Below are positions 8,588 through 18,526 of a stretch of 64,000 nucleotides of DNA, piece by piece. How positions within the stretch are numbered: position 1 is the first letter of the stretch; each line of letters opens with the position of its first letter. Made by a program: the position numbers and the translations under genes. The DNA comes from Thermoplasmata archaeon (GTDB taxonomy: Archaea > Thermoplasmatota > Thermoplasmata > Lutacidiplasmatales > UBA184): positions 2,494 to 66,493 of the forward strand of contig DASPVQ010000020.1 in assembly GCA_035622275.1 (NCBI GenBank). The letters are read 5' to 3'. The notes beneath the pieces were generated by a model. That model did not search any database and had not been told where the DNA came from. It worked only from the letters and a program-made list of their open reading frames with translations.

Positions 8588-11500
8588 TTGACGAGCGGTG
8601 ACGAACGGTCGAAGAGCGACCCGGGGCCCGGCATCCGAACTTTCCTATTCGCGGACATCCGCGGCTACACCCGCTTCATCGTCGAGCAGGGCGATGCCGC
8701 CGGGGTTCGCATGGTCGACCGGTTCGGGGCGGCGGCCCGCGAGGCCGTCGGGCCGCACCGCGGCGAGATCATCGGGCTGGCCGGCGACGAAGCCGTGGCC
8801 GTCTTCGCCTCCGCCCGCGACGCGCTCCGGTCGGCGCTCGACTTCCAGCGCCGGGTCGCGGACGCGACGGCACGCGATCCGGACGTCCCGCTCCTCGTGG
8901 GAATCGGTCTCGACACCGGCGAGGCCGTGCCGGCCGGTGGAAACTACGTCGGCGCCGCGCTGAACCTCGCCGCCCGCCTGTGCAAGCTGGCCGGACCGAG
9001 CGAGGTGCTCGCCAGCGAAGCGGTCGTCCACGTCGCGTCGAAGATCGACGGGATCGGTTACGTCGAGCGAGGGCTGGCGCAGCTCAAGGGCTTCCGGGAC
9101 CCGGTTCGGGTCTTCAAGGTCCTGGACGAGGTCCGCCCCCTCGGCCCGGCCGCCGAGACGGGTCGCCTCGAGGCGGGCCATGTTCCGCCCGAGCCACCGC
9201 CGCCGATCGGGGGCTTCCTGGGGGCGCTGCCGGCCACGGAACTGGTGGCCCGGGAGCCGGAGCTGGGCCGGGCGCTCGTCGCGGCGGACTCCGCGATCGG
9301 CGGCGCCGGGCGCTTCGTGCTCCTCGCGGGCGAGCCCGGCGTCGGCAAGACCCGCCTTGCCCAGGAGATCATGCTCACGATCCGCAACCGGCGATTCCTG
9401 GTCGCCACCGGACGTTGCTACCAGACCCACCAACCCGTGCCGTTCTACCCGTTCCTTGACGCGCTCACGAGCGCCTATCGCCTCGCCCCGCCCTCCGTCC
9501 GTGCCCTCGTCCTGGAGCGCTGGCGCCACCTCAGCCGTCTCCTGCCCGAGCTCAAGGCCGAGGTCGCTCCTCCTCTGTCCAGCACCCCGGAGGAGCAGCA
9601 GTTGTTGTTCCGCGAGGTGACGGCATTCCTCGAGGCGGTCGCGGCGGAGACACCGGTCGCGATCCTGATCGACGACCTCCACTGGGCGGACTCCGCCACG
9701 CTCGAATTGCTCCAGCACATCGCGCGCCACACGCGCGCGAGCCGGATCCTGCTCGTCGCCACCTTCCGCGACGTCGAGGTGGGTCGCCATCACCCGCTCG
9801 ATGCCGCGCTGCGTGACCTCACGCGCGAGGACCTGGTCGAGCGCATCACGGTGCGGCGCCTCGAACCGACCGGCACGGCGCGCCTGGTCGCGCTGACCCT
9901 GGGCGAATCGGACGCCTCGCCGGAGCTCGTGGAACTCCTGCACCAGCATGCCGACGGGAACCCGTTCTTCACGCAGCAGCTGCTGCGATTCCTGGTGGAA
10001 CGCGGCGACCTGTACCGCCGGGACGGCGTGTGGGTGGAACGCCCGCTCCGCCGGCTCGAGGTCCCCGATAGCGTTCGCTCGGTCATCGGTCAGCGCATGG
10101 AGCGGCTCAGCGAACCCGCGCCGCAGATCCTTCGGGAGGCGGCGGTGCTCGGGCAGACGTTCTCCTTCTCGGCCCTGGTCGGGCTGAGCGGACGCCCGGA
10201 GGCGGAGGTCGAGCGCAGCCTGGAAGAGGCCCAGGCGACCGGCCTGCTCGAGGAACGGCGACCGGATTTGTATGCGTTCGACCACGCCCTGACGCAGCAG
10301 GCCCTGTACGGGGAGCTCTCGCCGCGTCGACGTCGCGCCCTCCATCTGGCCGCCGCGGAAGCGCTCGAGCGCCTGCCGGCGGCCGAGCGGGCCCCCCGCA
10401 GCGCGGAGCTCGCGGGGCACTTCCTCGAGGCCGCGCAGGAGGAGCGGGCCATCCCCTTCGCGCTCGCGGCCGGAGACCTCGCCCGCTCGGTCTTTGCGAG
10501 CGGGCCGGCGGAGCGCCAGTACACGATCGCCCTCGAGATCGCGGAGCGGACCCATCGAGCCGACGGGGAGGCCGACGCGCTCGGACGCCGCGCGCGGCTG
10601 TACCTCGACACGTTCCGCGGCCCCCCCGGGCTCGCCGACAGCACGCGCCTGCTCGAGCTCGCGCGCCAGCGCGGGGACCGGGCCCTCGAGCTGCGGGCGC
10701 TGTTGCTGGTGTCCGAGGCGTCGTACATCGTCGCGCTCGACGCCACGACCCCCGAGCTCCTAGCCGCCTGGAGGCTCAACAGCGAGCGCGCGCAGACGCT
10801 CGCGGACGAGCTCGGCAACGAGCCCGCCAAGGTCGAAGCGCTGCTGAAGTCGCGGTGGATGGCCGACTTCTTCCCCGAGTACCGCCCCAAGGTTCAGGAA
10901 AACCTGCGCACCGCGCTGGAGGTCAGCCGGCGCCTCGGCGATCCGGATCTGACGCTGGCGAGCGAGCTCGCGCTCTGGGGACAAGGCGATCGGCTCGAGG
11001 CCGAGGCCCGGGCGACGCGCTTGGTCCGACAGCTGCGCGACCGCCGGGACTTCGGACGGCTGAACCTGCTCTACTTCTCGATGATGTGGGCCTACCTGGA
11101 ATGGGCCGAGTTCGCCAAGGCGATCGAGGCGTGCGACGCGGGCATCCGCCTCGCGGAGGAGATCGGCGTTCCGCCCGTGCAGTACCCGACGCTCCGGGCC
11201 TTCGCGCTGATCGAGCTCGGTCGCTTCGCCGAAGCCCGCGAGTCCCTGCGCCAGGAGGTGGCGGACGCCGAACATCCCTTCGGACAGGCGATGCAGCTGC
11301 TCGGGCTCGGCATGTACTTCTTCGAGCTCCGGGACTTCGGGCGCGCCGAGCAAACGTTCCGGGATCAGCTCGAGCGTGCGAAGCGGCTGCGCCGGGCCTG
11401 GATGGCGCGCTGGTCACTGGAGTACATCGCCCGCGCGCGTCTTCGCGAGGGCCGTCTCGATCCGTCGGACTGGGAGGCGCTCGAGCAGGAGATGGCCCCG

Positions 11501-11923
11501 CTGGCCAACTTCGCGTCGGATGCGGTCCGCGCCGAGGTCGCGCTCGCCCGGGGCGACACCGAAACGGCGTTGGGGGTTGCCCGCCAGGTGGCATCGAGGG
11601 CCGAGGCGGAGGAGGAGATCCGGGACCTGATGTCCGCGCGCGAGGTTGAGATCCGCGCGCTGCTCGGCCTCGGGCGCGCGCACGACGCGGCGGCGCTCGC
11701 CGAGCGGCTCGCCCGAGACCTCTCCGCTCGACAGGCCCGGTCGCGGGCGTGGCGCGCCTTCGCGCTGCGCGCTACGGCGCTCGCTGCGGCGCACGATGCG
11801 CCCGCGGCCCAGGAGGCGCGTCTCGCCGCCGGCTCGATCGTTCGGGAGCTCGCCGAGTCGATCCCAGAGGCCGAATCGAGGCGAGCGTTCTTGACGAGCC
11901 CCGAGGTTCGAGACCTGCTCTAG
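8588..11923 (+). CDS. Class III cyclase + STAND/AAA ATPase + TPR-like helical repeats
   Basis: FADIRGYT/GDE/NLAARL cyclase; Walker A GEPGVGKT, Walker B ILIDDLHWAD, GNPFF; long helical C-terminus. Confidence 0.92.
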   Translation: MTSGDERSKSDPGPGIRTFLFADIRGYTRFIVEQGDAAGVRMVDRFGAAAREAVGPHRGEIIGLAGDEAVAVFASARDALRSALDFQRRVADATARDPDVPLLVGIGLDTGEAVPAGGNYVGAALNLAARLCKLAGPSEVLASEAVVHVASKIDGIGYVERGLAQLKGFRDPVRVFKVLDEVRPLGPAAETGRLEAGHVPPEPPPPIGGFLGALPATELVAREPELGRALVAADSAIGGAGRFVLLAGEPGVGKTRLAQEIMLTIRNRRFLVATGRCYQTHQPVPFYPFLDALTSAYRLAPPSVRALVLERWRHLSRLLPELKAEVAPPLSSTPEEQQLLFREVTAFLEAVAAETPVAILIDDLHWADSATLELLQHIARHTRASRILLVATFRDVEVGRHHPLDAALRDLTREDLVERITVRRLEPTGTARLVALTLGESDASPELVELLHQHADGNPFFTQQLLRFLVERGDLYRRDGVWVERPLRRLEVPDSVRSVIGQRMERLSEPAPQILREAAVLGQTFSFSALVGLSGRPEAEVERSLEEAQATGLLEERRPDLYAFDHALTQQALYGELSPRRRRALHLAAAEALERLPAAERAPRSAELAGHFLEAAQEERAIPFALAAGDLARSVFASGPAERQYTIALEIAERTHRADGEADALGRRARLYLDTFRGPPGLADSTRLLELARQRGDRALELRALLLVSEASYIVALDATTPELLAAWRLNSERAQTLADELGNEPAKVEALLKSRWMADFFPEYRPKVQENLRTALEVSRRLGDPDLTLASELALWGQGDRLEAEARATRLVRQLRDRRDFGRLNLLYFSMMWAYLEWAEFAKAIEACDAGIRLAEEIGVPPVQYPTLRAFALIELGRFAEARESLRQEVADAEHPFGQAMQLLGLGMYFFELRDFGRAEQTFRDQLERAKRLRRAWMARWSLEYIARARLREGRLDPSDWEALEQEMAPLANFASDAVRAEVALARGDTETALGVARQVASRAEAEEEIRDLMSAREVEIRALLGLGRAHDAAALAERLARDLSARQARSRAWRAFALRATALAAAHDAPAAQEARLAAGSIVRELAESIPEAESRRAFLTSPEVRDLL

Positions 11924-12116
11924 CCGCTGCCTCATCGGCCGCGACGGTGGGCCGGCCGGCATTCGGCCCGACGTTCCGAGCCAAGGCGGGACCCTCCGGG
12001 TCGCGCTCGAGCCTCGGTCACGGCGCCCCGAGGGCCGGAGCGGACGAACCGTTCCGGGACCTCCGGCGCCGGGTTAAGGCCAAGGGCCTGGTACCGCACC
12101 CGGCAGGCGGACGGAG

Positions 12117-12341
12117 ATGCGCTACGCCGAATTTCGCGACGCCGTCCGCTCCTACCTTCGACAGCGGCCGAGCGGTTCCTTGTGGAGGTCGATGCGTTCC
12201 GACCTAGGTCTTCCGTACCGCGCGCCCTGCCCGAGCTGGACCCGCCGTCTCGAGGCGGAGATCGGTCTCGTTCGGACCCCGGGCTCGGGAGGGAAGATCT
12301 GGCGGCTCGCCGGGCGCAACGGCGGGGCGCGGCGGCGATGA
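12117..12341 (+). CDS. Small hypothetical protein (possible winged helix)
   Basis: MRYAEFRDAV...LW...L.LPY..PCPSWTRRLE.EIGLVR; TTAA upstream and GGAG before the ATG. Confidence 0.65.
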   Translation: MRYAEFRDAVRSYLRQRPSGSLWRSMRSDLGLPYRAPCPSWTRRLEAEIGLVRTPGSGGKIWRLAGRNGGARRR

Positions 12342-12417
12342 GCGGAGCCTGCCGCTCCGCCCGCGTCGCGTGGCCGTGCGGCGGGCCGCCATTCCGGCGG
12401 ATGTCCGACGAGGGAAC

Positions 12418-13668
12418 GTGAGCCCAGCCCCGATCGCCGTGACCTCGCGCGAGGCCCGGCGGCTTGCCCTCTCGAAGCAGCACCTCGCCGGTCCCCTGCC
12501 CCGCCGGCCGGACAGGGGGGCCATCCGTGCGGTGGTGCGCGATCTTGCCTACATCCAGTGGGATCCGGTCAACGTCGTCGCCCCGGCGCACGAGATCACG
12601 CTGTGGAACCGCATCGGCGAATTCCGGGCCTCGGACCTCGAGCACCTGCTGTGGCGGGACAAGCACCTCTTCCAAGGGTGGGGCCACTCGGCCTCGATCC
12701 TGCCGATCGAGGACTATCCCATCCACCGCTCGATCATGCGGCGCTACCCCGAGTCGCTCTCCAAGTCCTGGGGCAACTGGAGGGCGGAAGCCCGCCGGTG
12801 GATCCCCCGGCACCGCGCTCTTCGCCGGGCGGTGCTGCGCGAGCTCGCCAAGGGCCCCCGGACGACCGCCCGGTTTCCAGACCATGCGGCCACGCGGCGC
12901 TCCGGTCGGGGCTGGAGTTCCGAGAGCGACGTTTCGATCATGCTGTTCCACCTGTGGCTGGGCGGCGAAGTGATGATCGTCGGCCACGAGGGCCGAGAGA
13001 ACCTGTGGGGCTTGACGCGGACTCAACTTCCGGCGTCTGCGGATCGCCGGGAGCTGACCCCGAAGGAAGCCGAGTACCGCGCCGTGCAGCGGGCGGTCCG
13101 CTCGCTGCCCTGGATGACCCGATCGGACATCAACTTCTACTTTCCCCGGGGCCGCTACGTCGACCTCCGCTCCACGATCCAGCGGCTGCTCGACGACGGC
13201 GTGCTGGTGCGCGGGATCGTCACGGATCTCGAGGGTCGGGAGCCGCGATACCTCCACGCCGAGGATCTCGCCGTCCTCGAGACGATCGCCGACGACGGGT
13301 TCATGCCGCGAACATCGTTGCTCTCGCCGTTCGACAACCTGACGACCTGCCGGACGTGGTGCCACCGGCTGTTCGGCTTCGACTACGTGCACGAGAACTT
13401 CCTTCCGCCCGAGAAGCGAAAGTTCGGGGCGTACGTACTGCCGATCCTGCACGGCGACCGCTTCATCGGTCGGCTCGACCCCAAGATGGACCGGGAGCAC
13501 CGGCGCCTGATCATCCGCTCCGTCCATGCCGAGCCGGGGGCGGCGGACGATCCCGACGCGGGCGGACCGGCGGCGGAGGCCATTCGACGGTTGGCGCACT
13601 TTCTCGGTGCCGCCGACACCGAGATCGGCTCCCGCGTGCCCGGCGCGTGGCGTCGCGCATTGCGTTGA
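12418..13668 (+). CDS. ycaQ: YcaQ-like (HTH_42/AlkZ superfamily) DNA crosslink repair glycosylase
   Basis: IQWDPVNVV (QxD motif), W.H.AS, LLSPFDNL, R.FG.YVLPILHGD..IGRLD. Confidence 0.85.
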   Translation: MSPAPIAVTSREARRLALSKQHLAGPLPRRPDRGAIRAVVRDLAYIQWDPVNVVAPAHEITLWNRIGEFRASDLEHLLWRDKHLFQGWGHSASILPIEDYPIHRSIMRRYPESLSKSWGNWRAEARRWIPRHRALRRAVLRELAKGPRTTARFPDHAATRRSGRGWSSESDVSIMLFHLWLGGEVMIVGHEGRENLWGLTRTQLPASADRRELTPKEAEYRAVQRAVRSLPWMTRSDINFYFPRGRYVDLRSTIQRLLDDGVLVRGIVTDLEGREPRYLHAEDLAVLETIADDGFMPRTSLLSPFDNLTTCRTWCHRLFGFDYVHENFLPPEKRKFGAYVLPILHGDRFIGRLDPKMDREHRRLIIRSVHAEPGAADDPDAGGPAAEAIRRLAHFLGAADTEIGSRVPGAWRRALR

Positions 13669-13844
13669 CCCAACAACGTCGGCCGCCGGCAGCACCGTTC
13701 CTGCCGGCGCGCTGGCCCACGCGTAGTGCCGCCCGCATCGCGCGTTCCCGCGATGCCCCGCGGCTGAGCCTCGCTGCGCGCACGCGAGCGGAGCGGACGC
13801 CCACGGGCGGTGTGCATAATGCGCGCCGGGGGCCTCGCCCCGAT

Positions 13845-14864
13845 GTGACGGGACGCTCGCGCGCACGTTCCGACTTTGGTCCGGCGAGAGCCTCGTCCTC
13901 CGACGCGAAGGTGATCCGCTGGCTTCTCGAGGACGATCAGCCGGCGGTGCAGTACCGAGCGCTCGTCGATCTGCAAGGTCGGCGGGAGGAGGATCCTCTC
14001 GTCCGCAGAGCCCGGCGGAGGATCCCCCGCGTTGGCTGGGCCCACGATCAGCTTCGCCAGCAGGGCCCCGACGGATTCTGGGAGGCCCGGGCGCCGCGGA
14101 ACCTGCGGCGATGGATCGACTTCCTCTACTATCCCAAGTACCTCTCCACGAACTGGAGGGCGCTGGTGCTCTCCGATTGGGGCCTGGATGCGCGCCACCC
14201 TCAGATTCGCCGTCTCGTGAACACCATCTTCGAGTACAAGCTCCGACTCGGTTCTCCGTACAACTTCTTCCACGAGGAGGCGTGCGTTTCGGCCAACACG
14301 GCGCGGATGCTGACCCGGTTCGGCTACGCCGACGACGGCCGCGTCCGCAAGCTCTACGACTGGCTGATCGAGGATCAGCGGGCCGACGGCGGATGGAACT
14401 GCTCCCAGGGCACGCCGGGCACGCTCGATGTATGGGAGCCGCTCGCGGCGTTCGCAGCGCTGCCCAAGGCAAAGCGTTCCCCGAGAGTGACGGCCGCCGT
14501 CTCGAGGGGCGCGGAGTTCTACCTCGCGCGGCGCCTGTTCCGAGAAGGCGCCCCGTACGCCCCCTGGTTCCGGCTCCACTATCCGAACCACTACTACTAC
14601 GACATCCTGGTCGGGCTCGACCTGCTCACGCGGCTCGGCTACGGCGGCGACCCGCGGCTACGGCCCGCGCTCCGGCGGCTCGAGGACAAGCGGCGGCCCG
14701 ACGGCACCTGGTGCATCGACCGGGCGCATCCGGACGTCTCGGGCCCCAAGGCGGCGCAGTACCGCAAGGGCGTGACGCCCCTCGTGATCGAGAGGCCCGG
14801 GGCGCCGAGCAAGTGGATCACCCTGAAGGCGATGTCGGTCCTGCGGCGGGTCGCGGAGGGGTAA
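13845..14864 (+). CDS. Prenyltransferase/squalene-cyclase-like alpha/alpha-toroid protein
   Basis: WLLE..QP.V.YR.L, QGPDGFW, QRADGGWNC, L.YP..Y.YDILVGL, PSKWITL.A; CATAAT about 25 nt before the GTG. Confidence 0.75.
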   Translation: MTGRSRARSDFGPARASSSDAKVIRWLLEDDQPAVQYRALVDLQGRREEDPLVRRARRRIPRVGWAHDQLRQQGPDGFWEARAPRNLRRWIDFLYYPKYLSTNWRALVLSDWGLDARHPQIRRLVNTIFEYKLRLGSPYNFFHEEACVSANTARMLTRFGYADDGRVRKLYDWLIEDQRADGGWNCSQGTPGTLDVWEPLAAFAALPKAKRSPRVTAAVSRGAEFYLARRLFREGAPYAPWFRLHYPNHYYYDILVGLDLLTRLGYGGDPRLRPALRRLEDKRRPDGTWCIDRAHPDVSGPKAAQYRKGVTPLVIERPGAPSKWITLKAMSVLRRVAEG

Positions 14865-14912
14865 TATCGCGGCCCGCCCGGTGCCGGCGGGACGATCGGA
14901 CCGGAGCGCACC

Positions 14913-15329
14913 ATGGACGGCAGGATATCTCAGGTGACCCTCGTCGTGACCGACGCCGCGCGGTCCCTTGCCTTCTACGTCGACCAGGTGGGCTTCGAGA
15001 AGAAGACCGACGTCGCGACGCCGGCCGGCTACCGCTGGGTGACGGTGGGGCCCCGCGGACAGGACCTCGAGCTCGCGCTCTGGCAGGAGGGCTCGGCCAC
15101 GGATCCTGAGCAGCGGGCCTGGTCGAAGAACTGGGGGCCGGCGAAGGCGCCGCCCATCGTGCTACGAGTCTCCGACTGCCGGAAGGTCTACGAGGAGCTC
15201 CGCGGGCGCGGGGTCGAGTTCGTGCAGGTCCCGAAGGAGTACCCGTGGGGGATCGCGGCGACGTTCCGCGATCCGGACGGCAATCTCTTCTCGCTTAGTC
15301 AGCCGCCGGCCGGCTGGCCGCCGGCGTGA
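14913..15329 (+). CDS. VOC/glyoxalase family protein
   Basis: V.D..RSLAFY...GF...RWVTV; L..RGVEF...PWG..ATFRDPDGN. Confidence 0.92.
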   Translation: MDGRISQVTLVVTDAARSLAFYVDQVGFEKKTDVATPAGYRWVTVGPRGQDLELALWQEGSATDPEQRAWSKNWGPAKAPPIVLRVSDCRKVYEELRGRGVEFVQVPKEYPWGIAATFRDPDGNLFSLSQPPAGWPPA

Positions 15330-15489
15330 AGGACTCGCGGCCCGAACCCGACTCGGCACTCGAGCCGTACGGAGCCGCTCCCGATGAGGACGGAACGCCC
15401 GCTCGGACCGGGCGGAGCGTCCGCCGCCTGAAGGACCGGCGGTCGGACGATACGCTGTTTATCTGCCCCCACGGATTGGTCCGGACTCC

Positions 15490-16089
15490 GTGGTGAGCAC
15501 GATCGACCTGATGCAGTTCGTCCACGAGCTTCGCGAGGATTTCTTCGAGTGCGCCGCGAAGCTCGGCTGGGAGGAGTTCTGCAAGGACCGAGGCGTCAGC
15601 ATGCTCTCGTTCCGGGACATCTTCCTGCACCTCGCCTACGTCGAGGAGCAGCACGTGACGGAGTTCTGCGAGAATCGGCCGACTCCCTGGATGCGGGAAG
15701 TCATGAAGATCCCCCGGGACCGCTTTCGGAGCATTCCGGAGGTACGACGGCGGCTCCAGCAGGTCCGGGCCATGGGCGACTCGCGGTTCAAGGACTGGAA
15801 CACCCCCGCCGAGCTGTCGAAGCCGGCCGTGTGGGTCGCCGCCCGGAAGTACCCGATCCGGCTCAGCCGGGATTCCGCGCTGGCGCAGTGCCTGACCGAG
15901 CATCTGCTGCACTTGGGCGAGGTGGAAGCGATGCTCTGGCAGCGGGACATCGAGCCTCCCACCACGTTCTGGATCGACCGGAAGGTGCTCCGCGGGAAGT
16001 GGCCGCCTCCGAGGAGCGCGCTGGTGGGCGGTCGAACTCTCACGGCCCAGACTCCCCGGCACGCCCGCACGCACTCGGGCCCTCGCTGA
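15490..16089 (+). CDS. DinB/YfiT family protein
   Basis: SFRDIFLHLAYVE and EHLLHLGEV.A.L.Q..IEPP. Confidence 0.85.
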   Translation: MVSTIDLMQFVHELREDFFECAAKLGWEEFCKDRGVSMLSFRDIFLHLAYVEEQHVTEFCENRPTPWMREVMKIPRDRFRSIPEVRRRLQQVRAMGDSRFKDWNTPAELSKPAVWVAARKYPIRLSRDSALAQCLTEHLLHLGEVEAMLWQRDIEPPTTFWIDRKVLRGKWPPPRSALVGGRTLTAQTPRHARTHSGPR

Positions 16090-16600
16090 CCGGGCGCCGG
16101 CGCGGTCTCCTCCGCGGCACGGCCATCGACCGCACGCGAATCGTCTCGGTCCCGGCGAGCCGAGGCGCCGGATTTCGGCGACCGGGGGCCTCTTCCACCG
16201 TCCACGGCGTCGAACTCCCGTTACGGCGGCCGAACGGCGCTCGGCGGCCACGTTCCAGCCCTGAACGCCGACGGATTCCATCCCGCCATCTTCGATCGGT
16301 TCGGGCCGCCAGAGCGTGCCGAGCCTGGCGGTCCCGAGCGCGCTCGCGGCGGAGACATTCCGGCGCCCGAGGCCCTCGCGATGGAGTTCGGAACACGATC
16401 CGGACCACGGCGGGACGCCCGTCGAAGAGCGCCCCGGGGCGCGTCGGCTACGACCGGGCGACGCGGCCTCGGATGGGCCCACGACCGCCGCGCGGCTCCG
16501 GTACGTCGCCGGGGAAGGCGCCGCGGTCCCGGCGTGCCGGCGATCTCATCGTGAGGACCGGCGAAACGAAGATGAGGTAGGAGCCCGTGGGAACCCTCCG

Positions 16601-17092
16601 ATGGCGGTACTCACCGAGCCCATGATGGCGCTGGTCCGCCGAGAACGGCTCGGCTACGTCGCGTCGATCTCCCCCGACGGCTACCCCATGGTTTCGCCGA
16701 AGGGCTCGCTGACGGTCTGGGACGATAGCCACCTGGTCTTCGCCGATATCGAGTCTCCGAACACCGTCCGGAATCTGTCGAAGAACCCGCGAACCGAGGT
16801 GAACGTCGTGGACCCGTTCGTCCGCAAAGGCTACCGGTTCTCGGGAACGGCGACGGTGCTGCACGCAGGGGATCTCTACTTCAAGGTCCTCGAGCGCTAC
16901 AAGGCCGAGGGCGCCGACGTCCGCCGGGTCCGCTCCGTGGTCGTGATCGAGGTCGCGCGGGCGAGCCCGCTGGTCTCGCCGGCCTATACCGAGGGATTCG
17001 GCGAGGACGAGATTCGCCGGCTGTGGGAAGAGTATCGTGCCAAGTCCGACAAGAAGACCGTCCTCGACCTGACGCCCCCGACAGACTTCTAG
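16601..17092 (+). CDS. Pyridoxamine 5'-phosphate oxidase-like FMN-binding protein
   Basis: VAS.SPDG.P.VSPKGS..VWDD..LVFADI.SP.T.RNL..NP. Confidence 0.88.
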   Translation: MAVLTEPMMALVRRERLGYVASISPDGYPMVSPKGSLTVWDDSHLVFADIESPNTVRNLSKNPRTEVNVVDPFVRKGYRFSGTATVLHAGDLYFKVLERYKAEGADVRRVRSVVVIEVARASPLVSPAYTEGFGEDEIRRLWEEYRAKSDKKTVLDLTPPTDF

Positions 17093-17103
17093 CCGAGGTC
17101 GAC

Positions 17104-17565
17104 GTGTCGAGCCTGCTCGGCACCGGAGCGCCGGTCTTCTCGGACGCGGTCCTTCTGTTCGAGGTCGCCGCGGGGGTCGCGCTGATCGTCGGGCTGTTCC
17201 TTGTCCGGGCCGGCCACGTGCGCTTGCACGCGTACCTCCAGAGCTCGGTGGTCCTCGTCAATCTGCCGGTCGTCCTGATCTGGATGGTACCGTCGTACCT
17301 CGACTACGTCCTCCCCGGGGTACCCTCGAAGCTCGGCCAGGCGTTCTATCTGCTCCCCACGATCATGCTCGCGATCGGCGCCGCCGCCGAAGCGCTGGGG
17401 ATCTACGTGCTGCTCGTCGCAGGCACCAATCTCGTCCCCGAGCGGTTCCGGTTCCGTCGGTACAAGCTGTGGATGAGGACCGTGATCGGACTCTGGTGGC
17501 TGGTCCTCGCGATGGGACTGCTCACTTACTACATCTGGTACGTGTCGCCCACCGGCTCGTTGTAG
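17104..17565 (+). CDS. 4-TM membrane protein (DUF420-like)
   Basis: Four hydrophobic helices, HVRLHA, YKLWMR; GTG 12 nt after the previous stop. Confidence 0.7.
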   Translation: MSSLLGTGAPVFSDAVLLFEVAAGVALIVGLFLVRAGHVRLHAYLQSSVVLVNLPVVLIWMVPSYLDYVLPGVPSKLGQAFYLLPTIMLAIGAAAEALGIYVLLVAGTNLVPERFRFRRYKLWMRTVIGLWWLVLAMGLLTYYIWYVSPTGSL

Positions 17566-17803
17566 GACAGCGCCCGGCCGGCCGAGCGGGTTACCCTCCG
17601 AGGGACGATCCGGTCCGTGGCCTCGTTCACTCGCGCCCCGCGCGTGGTGGGGGGACCATCCCGGGGGTGCCGGTTTCGGCGATCCACCTTGCTGCGCGGA
17701 AGGCCACGAGGATCTCTCGCCGGGACATCGTGGTCCCGAGCGCCGGCGCCGATGGTGAAGCCGGGTTGCGCCCGCGGGAGGCGAGCTCGTAGGTCGCCGC
17801 GCG

Positions 17804-18148
17804 TTACCCCGCCGGTGCGCCGCACCCGGAGCACAACCTAGCCCCGGGGGGAATCGGATACTGGTACTTCGGACACGTGACGGCCGACGCCCGCGCCGAC
17901 GAGGGACTGCGTGAGCCGGTGGCTCGTTCGAACGGATTACCGACGCCGGCGGCCCCCATGTTGGCTTCCACGTAGGCCCGCTGGGCGGGGGTGAGCTGGG
18001 CCATGCGTGCGTTGTACTGACGTTGCGCCTCGGCGATGATGTCGGCCGGAGACCCCGCGGCCCCGGGCGGCATCGGACGTGCGAGCCCGCAGCGGCCGCA
18101 GGTGGTTGCGTTCGGCGCGAGCGGGTTCCCGCAGCGGGGACAGTTCAT
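17804..18148 (-). CDS. Double zinc-ribbon protein
   Basis: CPRCG...CGRCG and CPKY...CSGCG; AGGAGG upstream. Confidence 0.7.
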   Translation of the reverse strand: MNCPRCGNPLAPNATTCGRCGLARPMPPGAAGSPADIIAEAQRQYNARMAQLTPAQRAYVEANMGAAGVGNPFERATGSRSPSSARASAVTCPKYQYPIPPGARLCSGCGAPAG

Positions 18149-18428
18149 CGGCCCTAGCCCTCCTGGTGGGGACCGGGATGGCCAACACCGCCTTAACCCC
18201 CGTGACCTGCGCGGCCGCGTGGTGGACCGCAGGGCGACCCACCACCATCGGTTCCAATAGACCGGGCCCGTGGTCGCACCCGCGGGCACCACTCGGCCCG
18301 GTCGAACCCCCGCACTGAAGCGGTGCGCGACGAGCGGGGGCGAGACATTCCCTCTCGTGAGGGCTGGCGAAGGCGTCTCCGACGGGCTCGGCGGAGTCAG
18401 CGCACCGCTGCCCTGCCCCACCGGTCGA

Positions 18429-18450
18429 GGAGGCAGCGGCCGCTGCCTCC
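18429..18450. repeat. Perfect 22-bp palindrome
   Basis: GGAGGCAGCGGCCGCTGCCTCC equals its own reverse complement; flanked by GGTCGA/TCGACC. Confidence 0.85.
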
Positions 18451-18526
18451 GGTCGACCGCGCTGCCCACGCGCGTCGGGCGAGAATAGATTGAATAGTTG
18501 GCTCGCGGTCCCCGAGCGGCCTGCCG

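Noticed and set aside
12558..13844. Apparent 430-aa N-terminal extension of the prenyltransferase-like ORF
   Set aside because: Overlaps the YcaQ-like gene out of frame; a TATA-like box supports the GTG start at 13845
16090..16600. Gap of about 500 bp with several open frames
   Set aside because: No recognisable motif, promoter-start pairing or repeat structure; cannot support a gene
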